Positions 12,401 to 24,906 of a stretch of DNA of 64,000 nt are shown piece by piece. Under the pieces are notes generated by a model that saw only the letters and a program-made list of their open reading frames with translations, was not told where the DNA came from and searched no databases. Each line of letters begins with the position of its first letter. Position 1 is the first letter of the stretch. The position numbers were made by a program, and so were the translations under genes. This stretch comes from Antedon mediterranea (lineage: Eukaryota > Animalia > Echinodermata): contig NC_092673.1 of the NCBI RefSeq assembly GCF_964355755.1, forward strand, positions 2,542,001-2,606,000, given 5' to 3'.

Positions 12401-14653
12401 TGGATGAGGATAAGTGTTGTGAAGAAGAAACATTGGGACAAGTCAAGTGATGGTAGAGGAAGTGCTGGACAAGTGTAATGGGTTGTAGAAAATGTTGATT
12501 CCTTTGAAATAGAATATGTTTGTCATTATTAATGTGTGTATATGACATGAATCTATATCTAGAACACATGCTGTAGCTCGCAATAAACAATGCAATATAC
12601 AGCATTAGTGAAAAACTACAGTACGTTGTATCAGTCATCGACCCGCTATCAAAAATACTCAACACTTTTAATATATCGCTCGAAATCATAATGCGATATT
12701 TGCTCAAACCCCTGGGGGAAGTAGACCATGTCAATGCACGGGAAATATGTTACTGTTGCTCTCCAATGAAATCCACGGCAAATCACTTTTAATCTATTAA
12801 ACGAATTGGTTTCTGAATAGTACCACACTAATCAATCAATCGTATTCTACAGAGCACCTGGCATGTTACAGGGAAAATATAATTACATTTTAAGTTGGCT
12901 TTAGATCAATTCCAATCAGAGACCACTTTCCTGCTATCTTGTGCTATAAGTGATTCCAATAAGAGACCAAAGTTGTCTAAAATCGCTAAAGCATTGTCTC
13001 TACAATTATTGATTTAAAAGATTTGTAATATACCAATATTCAAATCAAGTTTATTCTATTTTATACTATTTGAGTAAATTTATTTGTCTTTATATTTGAA
13101 GAGGCTTTTTTAAAACAATTTCACTCTGGATTTATATGTAAGTTATATGCATTATTCTTGGTGGTTTCCATTTAATTTTAAGATCACTAGTTCAATAATT
13201 TTTTTATTCCAACATAATGCGTACACGTACATATTTGAAAATAGTGATATTGTTTTATGTGAGATAACATACCATATGAGTATACTAGAAAAAGATAAAA
13301 AGCAACATTCCTTTTATATGCAAAATGGTAAAGACTGCAAGTCTGCTACTTCAGCCATTTGCATTTAATAAGATATTATTTGATATTTACTTTATTGGTT
13401 ATTAAATGTTATTAACTATAATCAATCATATCAGAGAGCATGCACAATAGAATGCATACAATTAGATTTTGTTTGTCTAGATATAATTAGTAGTAGATAT
13501 ACATAAGTAGATATAGTAGCAGTAGTGCGAGTAGTTAGATATTAATGTTGGAATAATGTCAATTGTCATGCCATGAATATAAACATGTTTAGAATCTTCT
13601 CCTTTCTTTAGACAATGTACAGACCAAGCTCTATGTCTGCATGTTAGAATATTGTCCCTACATACTGTACATACAGTCTGAAACTATATTTCCCCTCAAA
13701 ATTAGTTAAAAATAAAATACTTAAAAGATTGCTATCTAGACAGTTGCCATAGAAACTTAACAGCATCAGTTAGTAAGTGACAACTAATGACTTGTACGCT
13801 TCCTTTGCAAAGGTCATAGGTCGGGAATTAATGACATAAAAACCCATGTGTGAATGAACGAATCTGATCATTATGTTTTTGAAGAAGAATAATGTCACGA
13901 AGAAGTCCTACTTCACCATAAACATGACAAGATGCAGTCATCTAGGGTACTAACATCATCATCATTATTATAACCTGGTTTCGGTTTCCAATTAGAAGAT
14001 TTGCTCAGTCTTAAAAAATGTACAGTGTACAACTAAAAGCAGTAACAATCTGAGTTATTGGGCCCAAGATGAAAGTAAAACCAAGTTCAAGAGAGTAACA
14101 CAACCACCCACAGTTAACAAACATTGTTTCTGTATATGGGAAGTTACAATGTAATTAATACTTTATCTAAACTACTCTTGATATAGGCATGAAGGTATAA
14201 CCTCCATGATATAGGAAAGCATACTACCATATTATTTTTTTTGGTACGATTCAAAAAACATCAAACGTATTGCATTTCTACTAGGGTTATTTTTGCCAAT
14301 ATACTTTACCATGAAATGATTTCTGCTAGTAGTAGTAGTAGTAGTAATTGCGAAAAGATATGGCATTAAAAGGTACAGCCTAATGTATGGTACATTTCGC
14401 AATACTGTAATGACATTTAAGGTCGGATGCAACATGACTTAAACATGAAATGCTAAAAGGCCAAAGTTCAAAACAAACACCTGTAAGAATTATTTACAGA
14501 TACCGCTGGAAATCAGCCAAATTAGAAGACATGAATATGATTACCTTCTAAGAAGTAGGCTGTAGGTATGTATAACAAAGTTGGTAGTTTACAGTTGAAC
14601 CATAACCAGGCCTAAAATATTTAACATCCCTAGATTTAAAAAATACACACATA

Positions 14654-14961
14654 TATACTTTTCACATCTGCATAACTTGTTACAACTTGTAACCAGGTTT
14701 GATCTCCTGATTTAATACACGTTTTCACACACGCATATGCGAACTCATAATTACATGCTATTTGATTACTATGATTGATCAGTTTGATACCAGGGCAGCA
14801 ACATCTCGGGACCTTTTTGAACAAAAAAATTGGCCTCTAATACAGGTATGTTTTTCTCCAGAGATTTCACAAGGGACATCAAGGGACCACACTACTATGA
14901 CTATGCAAACCTGGTTATAACTTGTTACAACTTGTTACTTTTTGTAGGTGTGAAAAGGGTA
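14654..14961. mobile_element. Harbinger-like MITE
   Basis: Imperfect TIRs cttttcacatctgca / tgtaggtgtgaaaag; subterminal ataacttgttacaacttgt at both ends plus inverted aaccaggtttg / caaacctggtt. Confidence 0.6.
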
Positions 14962-15865
14962 TTTTTCTCTTTCTTTTTGTTTATACCTGAAGAAAGATCT
15001 GGGAATTATAAATGGAGAAGAGATAACCAGAAGAAAGACAAAAAATGTTCTAGTGTCAGTGTCATACATTTCCCCTCAATAGTTTCAGAGGAAAGTGTAC
15101 TCTGAATAAGGAGGAGTTCAACTGCATAAAATAAATTGTTGTCAATAATTTAGTACGGGCAATAGAAGTCTATACATTCAAACAAAATTAATACAGTACA
15201 TTATAATTAAGAAACCAACGATGTGAAGAAATTGGAAAATGGCACTATATTAAAAGATAATGTTAACAACTATGGCACTGGCATAATGAAACAAAAAGTC
15301 ATTCCCCTCAATATCTATTAAAAATTACAGTCAGAACAATCATAATATCTTATGGACAGCCTGACTGTCTGAGCTCTAATGTGGACAGTTTATAAATCAA
15401 TCAATATTTATAACAGGGTAGTCTATATATATATATAACTCTCAGTCTCAGTACTAATGTTATATACTTTAGGGTGTGTTTTTACAAAACTAAAAGATCC
15501 GGGTACGTTCCTGATAAGTAGTATGGTATTAATCCTTCTGTAGCGTTTTTAATGGCGGTCCATCAGCATTTAGCAGAGCATCGTAGGCCAGGCTTTGGGA
15601 GAGTGTAGTGATTTTTAGATGTATAGACAAAGGATTTTATTTAATTAGAATTTTGTTTATTTCACTGAAAAAAGTTTCTTTTCGATGGCGTTCAGTCTTT
15701 GTGAACGGATAACTAAGTTGGCTTACTTTCAGTTCTTTAGTGCCAGTAGCATATTCGTTGTGTTTACAAATTGTGTGAACACAACTGTTGTGGTACAGTC
15801 GTTTGGAAGCTAATATTAAAAATCTATGTTAAGATGATAAACTTAGGTCGACCACTAAATCCATC

Positions 15866-16075
15866 TGCACTTTTTGTTCCACCCAGCCGCCTTAAGACCT
15901 ATGGTGATCGAGCCTTTGCAGTTGCAGCTCCTAAACTGTGGAACAATCTTACTGATCCTATTAAAAATGCATCCTCTATCATAGTTTTCAAAACACTCTT
16001 AAAAACCCATCTTTTTTCTTTGTAATTTTTTTCTGTTTTTTCTCTCAGCGCTTTATAAATCGAACAATATTAACA
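15866..16075 (+). mobile_element. 3' end of an L2/CR1-group LINE (5'-truncated)
   Basis: Translates LFVPPSRLKTYGDRAFAVAAPKLWNNL..IKNASSIIVFKTLLKTHLF*, the typical L2 ORF2 C-terminus, followed by cagcgcttt..ataaat 3' UTR. Confidence 0.88.
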
Positions 16076-18939
16076 TTACACAAGCTTGGATACCTTGATT
16101 CATATCTTTATAAGATTTATAAATACAGTACATACTACTTCATTAATGCCAGACAGAGAAGTTTTATTAAATATTACCAATAAAAAACATTAAACTATAT
16201 GGCCCACATTGACCTGTATCATTTTCATTAAACCGAGACAGCAAGGGATATAATAAATATATATTATGCATATAAAGTGTTTTTCTAATGCTAAAAAATA
16301 ATAATATAATAGAAGTATAATATTTGTTTTTGTGTCTGACTAAAAGTAACGATACTTGAAATAAAATGACATCACTAAAGTATGACTCATAAGAATATTG
16401 AATGATCATGGATTTAAGAAGATAAATTTGTTTTCGTTTAAAACACATTTAAATTTAAAATGAAATGTATCTACAGTAACACTTAACTAACGAGCACTGC
16501 ATTGCATACAGCTTGAACCAAGACTTCAAGAATACCGAGTAAAGCACGAGACTTTTATGCCACATTTATTCATATCATTAAATGACGGATACAAAATCAT
16601 CGAACCTAGATTTTTGGAATAAGAAATTGGTACCTAACAACTAACCATACTTCATCATTACAAATCACATTTCCAGTTAACATTATTAATTATATTTAAT
16701 TGCATATTATATAAATATTAATTCATTTTATATTATATGAAATTCTCAAAATTTAATTTACTTTTTTGTTTGGATATGAGATCAGCTTTGGATGTAACAT
16801 ACTGTCGACATGAAATAAATAAATATTAATTGTCATAGTTAAATTATTTATTTGTCTGAGAAATATCAATAAAAATAGTTAGTACAATTTTTTTATCTAC
16901 CAGCCCTTCATACATTTTCAAGTTATTAATTGCAAACAATTGGCAACAATCCAAGTATTAAATATTTGCATAATTATAACAGGTGTAGGAAGAATTTTTG
17001 TATTTAATCAGATTGTTCAGTCAATGACACTGTAGTATAAAGCAATTAAGCAAAGGTTCAATGCATTTCTATTCTAATCTGAGTAAATAATTTATGTGAT
17101 CTGCTGATAGTAGATGGATATAAATAAAAATTGTATTATTACAATAGCAATGTTAGAATAATCCCACCCTGGGACATACAGTGGGTCTCGCTTACATTGA
17201 AACCTGTCCACTACATTGGAGGTTAGGCATGGGGTTAGGTACAATTATCTTTATGAGTAGAGGTACCACACTTTCGTTTTGTAATATCTATGGCCTAGGA
17301 ACTAGTTACGGCCTAGGAACACTCAGCCACTGATCATAACTGGGTCTTCTTGGACTGAAGAGGTAATATCCAGTATAAAAAAAAAAAAAAAAAAAAAAAA
17401 ATTACGTTGCATTTCATTGTGTACATGTGGGAACATTTGGATGTGCTCATTCTCTGCAAACCCAGACGGTGACCAACGGTCAATATAGGTGACCAGATGG
17501 TGACCAACGGTCAATATAGGTGTTCTATAGATATAGATGGATATAAGTAAGTATATTCAAATTATTTCAGCAATCATTGAAATAAATTTACATCTACGTT
17601 TTATTAGGATTTCGTAGAAAAGAAGTAATTACATTTAAATTATGAAGCATAGTTGTATAGCAAGACCTTAATTATAGATTAAAAGATATGTATAAGATTG
17701 ACTGAACAATATCATAGTTCAATTTAGAAAGCAAATTCACATATTTATTTATTATTCTATTCAAGATATTTTCTGAATTCTCCTTTACTATTAATACACT
17801 TTATATTATTATATACACTACTGCATATGATTACATTTTTAGAATTGTATACTTTTTTTTATTACTAATGAAAAATATTATTATTAAGAAAAGATTCAGA
17901 TATTTATAGGTATCCGAGGTCTAAAGTAGTATTTAGTGTCATTTTTAGAGAATAAATTTACCACTAGTTAGCCATCAATTTGCGGTAACTCGACACAAGT
18001 TAGTAGTGTGCACGCAACAGGCCACATCGCGTGTAGCGCCACACATCCCCACATGGCGCACAGCACATCACGTTCCAGGCACATACTCAAATTGACTCGC
18101 ACGGTAAAAACAGTGAGTAAACAGTGCATACTATGACCTTCGTCAGGGATCAATTTACTACGAGAACAATGTTATTATAATTTGTTCCCTTCTGGTCATT
18201 ATCATTATCAATATCAATTATCAATCCCTTCTGGTCATTATCAATATGCATTGATTTGAAAACAGTAAAATTTAATAAAGTCTTTGGATTAATGGGTTTT
18301 GTGTGAAAATGAGTACAAAATAATATTCAATTTGTATCAAGTATAGTTTATTATTCAATTCTGTATTTGTGATCACATTCAGGCCGCTGGGGAACGAAAG
18401 TACAGTCAACTGCTCGTCGGCATGTGTGCATCCTGACAAGAAAATTGCCATGTTTATAATTAGGGTAATACTGGAATTCTTTTTAATCAGTAGATTATAA
18501 TGAGGTACCGTAGTGTCTATTGGCTTGTGAAGATAAACTGTTTGTAGTCATATCATTAGGATGTACTATCAAAGCACTATTGTGCAAGAAGGGGGTGTAT
18601 ATAACATGCTTGCGATGCTACAAAAAGGTGTGTGTGATTTAATGACAGGTCTACTTTGGTGATGAATTATTATGAGGTGATATGAACCATGGAGCTACAG
18701 GGGAGGAACATTTTGGCATGTGTTGTTCTAATATTCTTTGCTCAAGCCTGTTCTCATCAACAACTTAAAATATGCCTTATTCCAGTTTCCAGTGGTCATG
18801 GTGGAGCTGACTATGTGTGCAAAATAGTATCAAGCAAGCCTAGGTTGTTAAACAAACCACTTTTGAATAAGTGCCACTATTTTAACCTGAAAATAGCAGT
18901 GGAAGTGCTGGTAAATAGGTAGCCTAGCTTGTGATGATT

Positions 18940-19122
18940 TTCCCCTTTTGATGAAACAAATAACATTAATGGCAACCAATATTATTTTTTTTATTTTCAC
19001 CGTTTCTTTTGTCTTTTTTTTCCTACAGCAGTGAACTTTATTAAATCTGCAAAATGGCCTATTCAAAATATGATTTTATTAATCTTAAATTTTCATGTTT
19101 GTGGGGGACAATACATCTTTAA
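18940..19122. mobile_element. Partial TTAA-type (Kolobok-like) element, inverted relative to 31938-32169
   Basis: aaaatggcctattcaaaatatgattttattaatctt..ttttcatgttt..gggggacaatacatctttaa is the reverse-complement match of 31934-32003. Confidence 0.55.
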
Positions 19123-20907
19123 TTTTTTCGTGTTTTACTCTCGTAATGTGTTTAATATCTAAATGTCTAAGGACCACTGGCTTCCACAAATCTGAAATAT
19201 TAATCAAAATTAAATAATTTAAAAAAAGATGAAACGAGAATACCACTTACTTTCGGTTTTTGTGTGCATCTATTATAGGATGTCTGAAAGATATAAAGAG
19301 TTTAAAATTTTACTTCATAAAATATTGCTATATAATGAAACAACAAAATTGATGCTTTGAAATTAAGTATTAATTGCCATAAAGTCTGAACTATCTTATT
19401 AAAAATGATGATTTTGTGAAAAGTGATTGTCGAGATGACGGAAACTTGACGATGTACGAGATACAAAAAGAAAATAGCCAGAGGGAATGAACTTCTCTAT
19501 CAAAAATTGAACTGCATTTAACGAAGAGGTAAACGAATGACTGAGAGCATGTCTTGAGGCCATAGCACTTTGTGTAACATTACCACGCAGCTAGTATGAT
19601 TTCTCTGTCCCTGTAATGTACATAATTCTTAAATAATTATTTTTTTATTGGCCAAGCTGGCATCTGCGCATATCTGCCCGATAAAATCTTCCATGTATGG
19701 ATTGCGACAGATATTGGTTAATTGATGTTATGAAATGAAAAATATTACGTGCGATACAAAGACAGTGACCGGCAAAGTGGAAGATAATTAGATACGTTTG
19801 AATTGCAAAACATTCACAGAAACTCGGATAAAAAAGCCATTTTATGCATATTTAGCTCGGATTGAGTTCAAGGTACGAATTACTTGATTGAGATGGTATG
19901 TAACTCGATTCCGCCACTTTGAAAGAAAATCAAAGACAAATCAAGTCATGAACATCTCCAGGCTGTGATAACATTTTCACGAGATTAACAAGTCGGTATT
20001 CAGTATAGTATAATTATTAAATCAATGCATAGTATAGTAAAGGTTTCTGGCAGGTTATACAGTATTATGTATCTGCACAAAAATGTGGACACAACTACAG
20101 CTATATAGTACTTTCTACATGTAGACTATCAATGCCCCAAACCGAGCGTATGAGATGACAAGTTGCCTAAAAAAACAAATGGTAATGCCCCAGAACCCCA
20201 ACTGCGAAACATTAGGTCAAAGGTCATATAAAACAAGCACGCAATTACAATAAGTATGCTAAATAATACTTTAGAAAGATAGTTTAAAATATTGGATTAA
20301 TAAAACCATTTTCAGCACAAGTGTATTATGACATTTTCATTACACTGATGATACTTTGGCCTCAAATTGTTGCAATGCAATCTATTTAGACAGAATAAAT
20401 TACTTAAAACAGTGATTTGAAAACTTGAATTGTATATTATTAAAAGCACTTTATTAAACAACCTTGTAATAATAATGGATGTGTGACCTATTTCGCATGA
20501 TATAAATATTGTAATTGAGTCAGAAATTGACAAAAATGTCTTAATATACTTTGGCAAGTGATGTAATCGTGGTTGAAGGAAGGCGACGTCATAATTCAAA
20601 AATATGTCAACGAATACCTTAATTAATGAACAAGCCTTGACATTAATGTCGTGAGGAAGGAGCTTATTACTATAATTGGACGACATTAATGTGTCAAGAA
20701 TGGGCAGGGAATAGGTTTTTCCCTATTGGTGGTGCATTCTACGGCCAGAACCAAAGGCACTAGCGTCTTCACTCCCACTGTACATGTTTGTCCATTTCAT
20801 TTAAAACAATTTTGTGTCAAGTTTAGAAGAATAGGTTTTAGCTGAGATCCAAAAAACAGTGATTTGGATCATATCCTAATAAATGTGCTTGAAAATAATA
20901 CCAAACA

Positions 20908-21015
20908 GGGGGGAAAGAAGGGGGGTGGGGGAAAGAAGGGGGTGGGGGAAAGAAGGGGGGTGGGGGAAAGAAGGGGGTGGGGAAAGAAGGGGGTGGGGGA
21001 AGAGAGAAGGGGGAT
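20908..21015 (+). repeat. G-rich tandem repeat (GGGGGAAAGAAGGGGGT)n, G-quadruplex-prone
   Basis: About 5-6 units with runs of 4-7 G; explains the Pro/Phe-rich ORF 20838..21026. Confidence 0.9.
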
Positions 21016-21350
21016 TCTAAACACAATCCAGTCGTTTAACTGATTATAAGTAGCAATGTACTGTACTTGATGTACAACATAATTGAGAAGGAGGATTTCT
21101 ATCTTAAAATAAATACTTCAATAATATTATCCTAATAATTATTAACCAGTCCAATCACTCAAGAACAAAATAAACAAGAATATAGGATATATTCTGTGAC
21201 AGCCGGCAACTCCTTACCGATTGCAATTTGAGACAATTTTGACAATAAGATTTAAAATGTTACAAGTAACAGGATGTTATACATTGACCAGTTTCAAGCA
21301 AGCTGCTACGATACTTTGTAATATGTGTCATGGATGCAGGCATCTAACTT

Positions 21351-21552
21351 TAAGCCTACACTATCAAACTTTTGACAACAAAAATGTGATGTGCCCATAT
21401 ATGGACGTGCCCATATTTGTGCATATCACTACCATATTTGTGCATATCACTACCATATTTGTGCATATCACTACCATATTTGTGCATATCACTACCATAT
21501 TTGTGCATATCACTTCCATATATGCACATCACATTTTTTCATCATAGAGCTT
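21351..21552. mobile_element. MITE family A copy with ~5 internal 21-bp repeats
   Basis: ctacactatcaaact start; (ccatatttgtgcatatcacta)n; ends agagctt. Confidence 0.8.
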
Positions 21553-22323
21553 AAGACATACAGATACCATACAATATTACTGTTCTTATGTCTCGCACAC
21601 TAAACTACCAAAAAAGGGTGAAATCTAGTACAATTTTCACAACAAGATAGATCCTTGAGATCTAACCTTTTTTATGAGAAAATTGTGTGGTTGTGTGATT
21701 TACAATTGTATACTAATTACTTTAAAGCACTATTTGTTACATTTCTATTTTTATATACTTTATTGTTATATTTCCAATTATATACCTAAAGACCATTCTA
21801 CTTTACAGGTTTTCTCTATTATTAGATAATGCCTCTAAATCTTATGAGGTGGAAAAACCATTTTTGCATTTATTGTAATAAATCCATCGGCTTATTAAAC
21901 GATATTGGGTTCAATGTCGAAACAAGACAATTTTCCGAGAATGTAGTTGTGTCTGACGGACAAAATATGCAGTTTAAAAAAGATTTATTTTATACATTTG
22001 CCAAAGACCACATCCTGGTGTATAACCAGAAACATGGGCTACTGATGATATTAAGAGATTGCCAAGTTTTCTTGGAACCATTTTTCCTTTAGAATAATTC
22101 ATTTGTACGATATACAAAAAATATGATTACCATCAATTAATATGCTCAATTAACATAGAAAACAAAAATTAAATTTGAAGCCAAGCCAAGTTTAATAGAG
22201 GTCACGTAAATAAATATAAATTTTAAAAACAAAAACAAAAAATATAAATAGTTACATTAAAAAACAACTGAATATTTAATGCAAAACAACATGGATTGAT
22301 ATCAGATGATATTAATTTATATA

Positions 22324-22685
22324 CCATATACCCTCAGGTATAATCTCACCACCTACTTTATGTCTGATTTCACCAACAGGCATATCCCCAGGTATAGTGC
22401 TGTGAGGTGGTTTCTCAAATGATCATAAAATCAAAACGGTACTGGGTATGACCTACCGTACTAGCGTTCTTGTCACCAACTAGTACTGATGTAGCAACCT
22501 ATCTGTAGTGCTAGTATTTTTTTACTTTTGGTCTGGATGTAGGCCTCTCTCTAGCCAGCTAAAATAATTTTACAAGAAATGCTTAACAATTTTTTTTCCT
22601 GAACTAGGCTTTCCCCGGGTATAGTTCCACCCCTAAAGTCGGCACAACTTTGTGTGTTCTAGGGGATTATACCAGAGGATATACT
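22324..22685. mobile_element. pogo-like MITE
   Basis: Imperfect TIRs atataccctcaggtataatc / gattataccagaggatatac; internal cccaggtatag / cccgggtatag repeats. Confidence 0.55.
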
Positions 22686-24616
22686 CCAGTACTAAAGAAG
22701 CACACTTGTTTGTCTACTAGTCATAAAGTTCAAGAGATACATATTCTTCTACAGTATGATCTGTATCACAGTTATCAACACTGATAAAATACTTTGGACA
22801 TATGGGGCAGCATAGTAAATTTACACCCCCTTCACGGCAACAACAAAAGAATTTTGATTGATTAGTTTACCCTAGTTCAGCAACATTCCATACTGATCTA
22901 TGTTAGGATAGCACTTGATAAAAAGGACGTTATTTTATTATGTGCCTGAACCTACAAAACTGCACATTCCAAAAGGAATTTATATCCTCTTCGTTTTAAA
23001 CACATCATTTTGAAAGATTTAGTTTGTTCTGTTATTGGTTTCGGCAGCATTCCACACTTAGTTTTGTTTTAATTAGTATAATATTTTATGTTTTATAGAA
23101 ATGCCACAACTTGTTATAGCTGTTTTATCGTGATAAATTTATACTAAAAATAAAACGTCTCTAATCTCTGTGAATTTGTTTATCTTTACACAACAGGCTA
23201 ATAGAGATTTAGTATACTATAGGGTATGCAGTAGTACTATCTGTGTATTGTATAGGTTTTACACAATTTGTATTTTCTATGGAAGATTTGGTTGGTTGCT
23301 CTATTCACTGTATTATAAATTATATGTTCTTTGTATTTAATACTAGAAAAACCAATTAGTAGTACACTCCAACCCTCGAGCCTAAACTAAATTCTAGAAG
23401 TTTTAGTATGAACAATTCCAATACTGAACAACAAAACAGTATTACAATTACAGTACTATTATGATTTAAAATCTGATCAAAATAATTTGGCAATGTTTAA
23501 GTTGTTAGCGAGTTTCTGGAAACCTTTCAAAGCACGAATGTAAGCTGGTCTCTAGCGGAGACTTGTTTACTAGCTGAGGATAGAAGATCTAATACTAGGC
23601 TGCAGGCTCGAGGGAATTTGCGCAATCTTGCAGGGTACTGAATGGTGTTTAGAGGCTGACACAACAAGAAACTTGAACCTAGCATAACACAAACACTAGC
23701 CTTAGCACAACAATGTGAGTAGTAGCTAGCAGCCCTCACAAGTAATTCTAAACATGAAACAGAAATGAAGCACTGGTTATCAAACAGCTAATAACTTCAC
23801 AATGGAAATTTGAGACAACATTAATATAGAAGAAGCATTTACATTCTTCTTAATTTAATCCACAAATTTAAGTGTTAAAATAAACAGCTTCCACAATAAC
23901 AGAAGTTCTATTCATTTATACTGCAATTTGCCGCATGAACATTAGCAAGATTTTTATATTATAATTCGATAATTTGAGAGATTCACGAGTGAGGATTTGT
24001 AGATTTAAAATACCTGGGAAAGAAAAAAAAATAGTATTAAGAATTAAAACTATCATGGCATAGTCCGAACTGCTAAAAATGATCCGGCAGAACCTAGTTT
24101 TACTAGTCCATCATACTGTACACAGATAGTTTGGCTAGCCCGAGTGTTTACAACTAGAAATGTTTTTTCGGTACGCTTATAGATCAATATACAATTCTAA
24201 CCAAAGTGTAGCTTTGTATATTGTAATGGATGAATGAAATGCCAATGAAAAAGGGAGTGTGAGAGAGTTCAATGGAACGACACAAATAGAGCTAAGTCAT
24301 ACCAGCATAACAAATAGAAAGTTGGTGAGAAAATTGTAGATATTATCAAAAACACATTTACCTATTATTCAATAAATAATGGATAACAACCCTCTTGTTT
24401 GCATGAAGTCATACAGATATTATTATAGTTCTATAATATCTATGATCAAGCTTAGATAATGCATAAAGCCAAAAATATCCTCTATTACAAACAAAATCAC
24501 AGAAACTTTTTATAAAAATGCATTTTAAATTTATAGTATGCAAATGTACATAGAATCAACAGCTTTACGTCCAATCGAAAGGATGCCTAAAATGATACAA
24601 GCAATATGACTGACAG

Positions 24617-24670
24617 GTTCCGAACCCATGCCTTTCACATGCTAATCTAATATCCATTAGGCCATACTGT
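24617..24670 (-). mobile_element. Degenerate tRNA-like SINE head
   Basis: Minus strand tggcctaatgg (A box-like) ... gggttcggaacc (B box-like). Confidence 0.4.
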
Positions 24671-24705
24671 TCTGTCATCTCTTATCCGCTTAACACATAT
24701 ACTAA

Positions 24706-24906
24706 TTCTGTCTACACTATCAAACTTTATGTGACAAAAAAATATATATGCTCATATATGGGCACGGTGATGTTATATCACTACTATATTTGGGCATAGC
24801 ACTACCATATTTGGGCATAGCACTACCATATTTGGGCATAGAACTACCATATTTGGGCATATCGCACTTTCTTTGTCAAACTAGTTTGATAGTGCAGACA
24901 GAGCTT
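24706..24906. mobile_element. MITE family A copy with ~4 internal 21-bp repeats
   Basis: TIRs tctgtctacactatcaaact / agtttgatagtgcagacaga; (ccatatttgggcatagcacta)n. Confidence 0.85.

Noticed and set aside
11950-12734. Purine-skewed region with 72- and 139-aa ORFs
   Set aside because: Possibly an old retroelement, but no motif I can identify.
15480-15770. Possible minus-strand LINE C-terminal fragment (YPFTKTERHRKETF)
   Set aside because: Similarity is too short and degenerate to call by eye.
17465-18245. Small local duplications (17467-17522, 18186-18243; also 39478-39640, 51890-52140, 53843-53960)
   Set aside because: Ordinary two-copy slippage duplications without further structure.
14480-18890. 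Further CAG|GT motifs on the minus strand (~14480, ~14986, ~18886)
   Set aside because: Weak donors or short pyrimidine tracts; expected by chance.
21221-21603. ORFs with IFVHITT / HICAYHY repeats
   Set aside because: Translations of the 21-bp MITE internal repeat; the same applies to 24748..24948.
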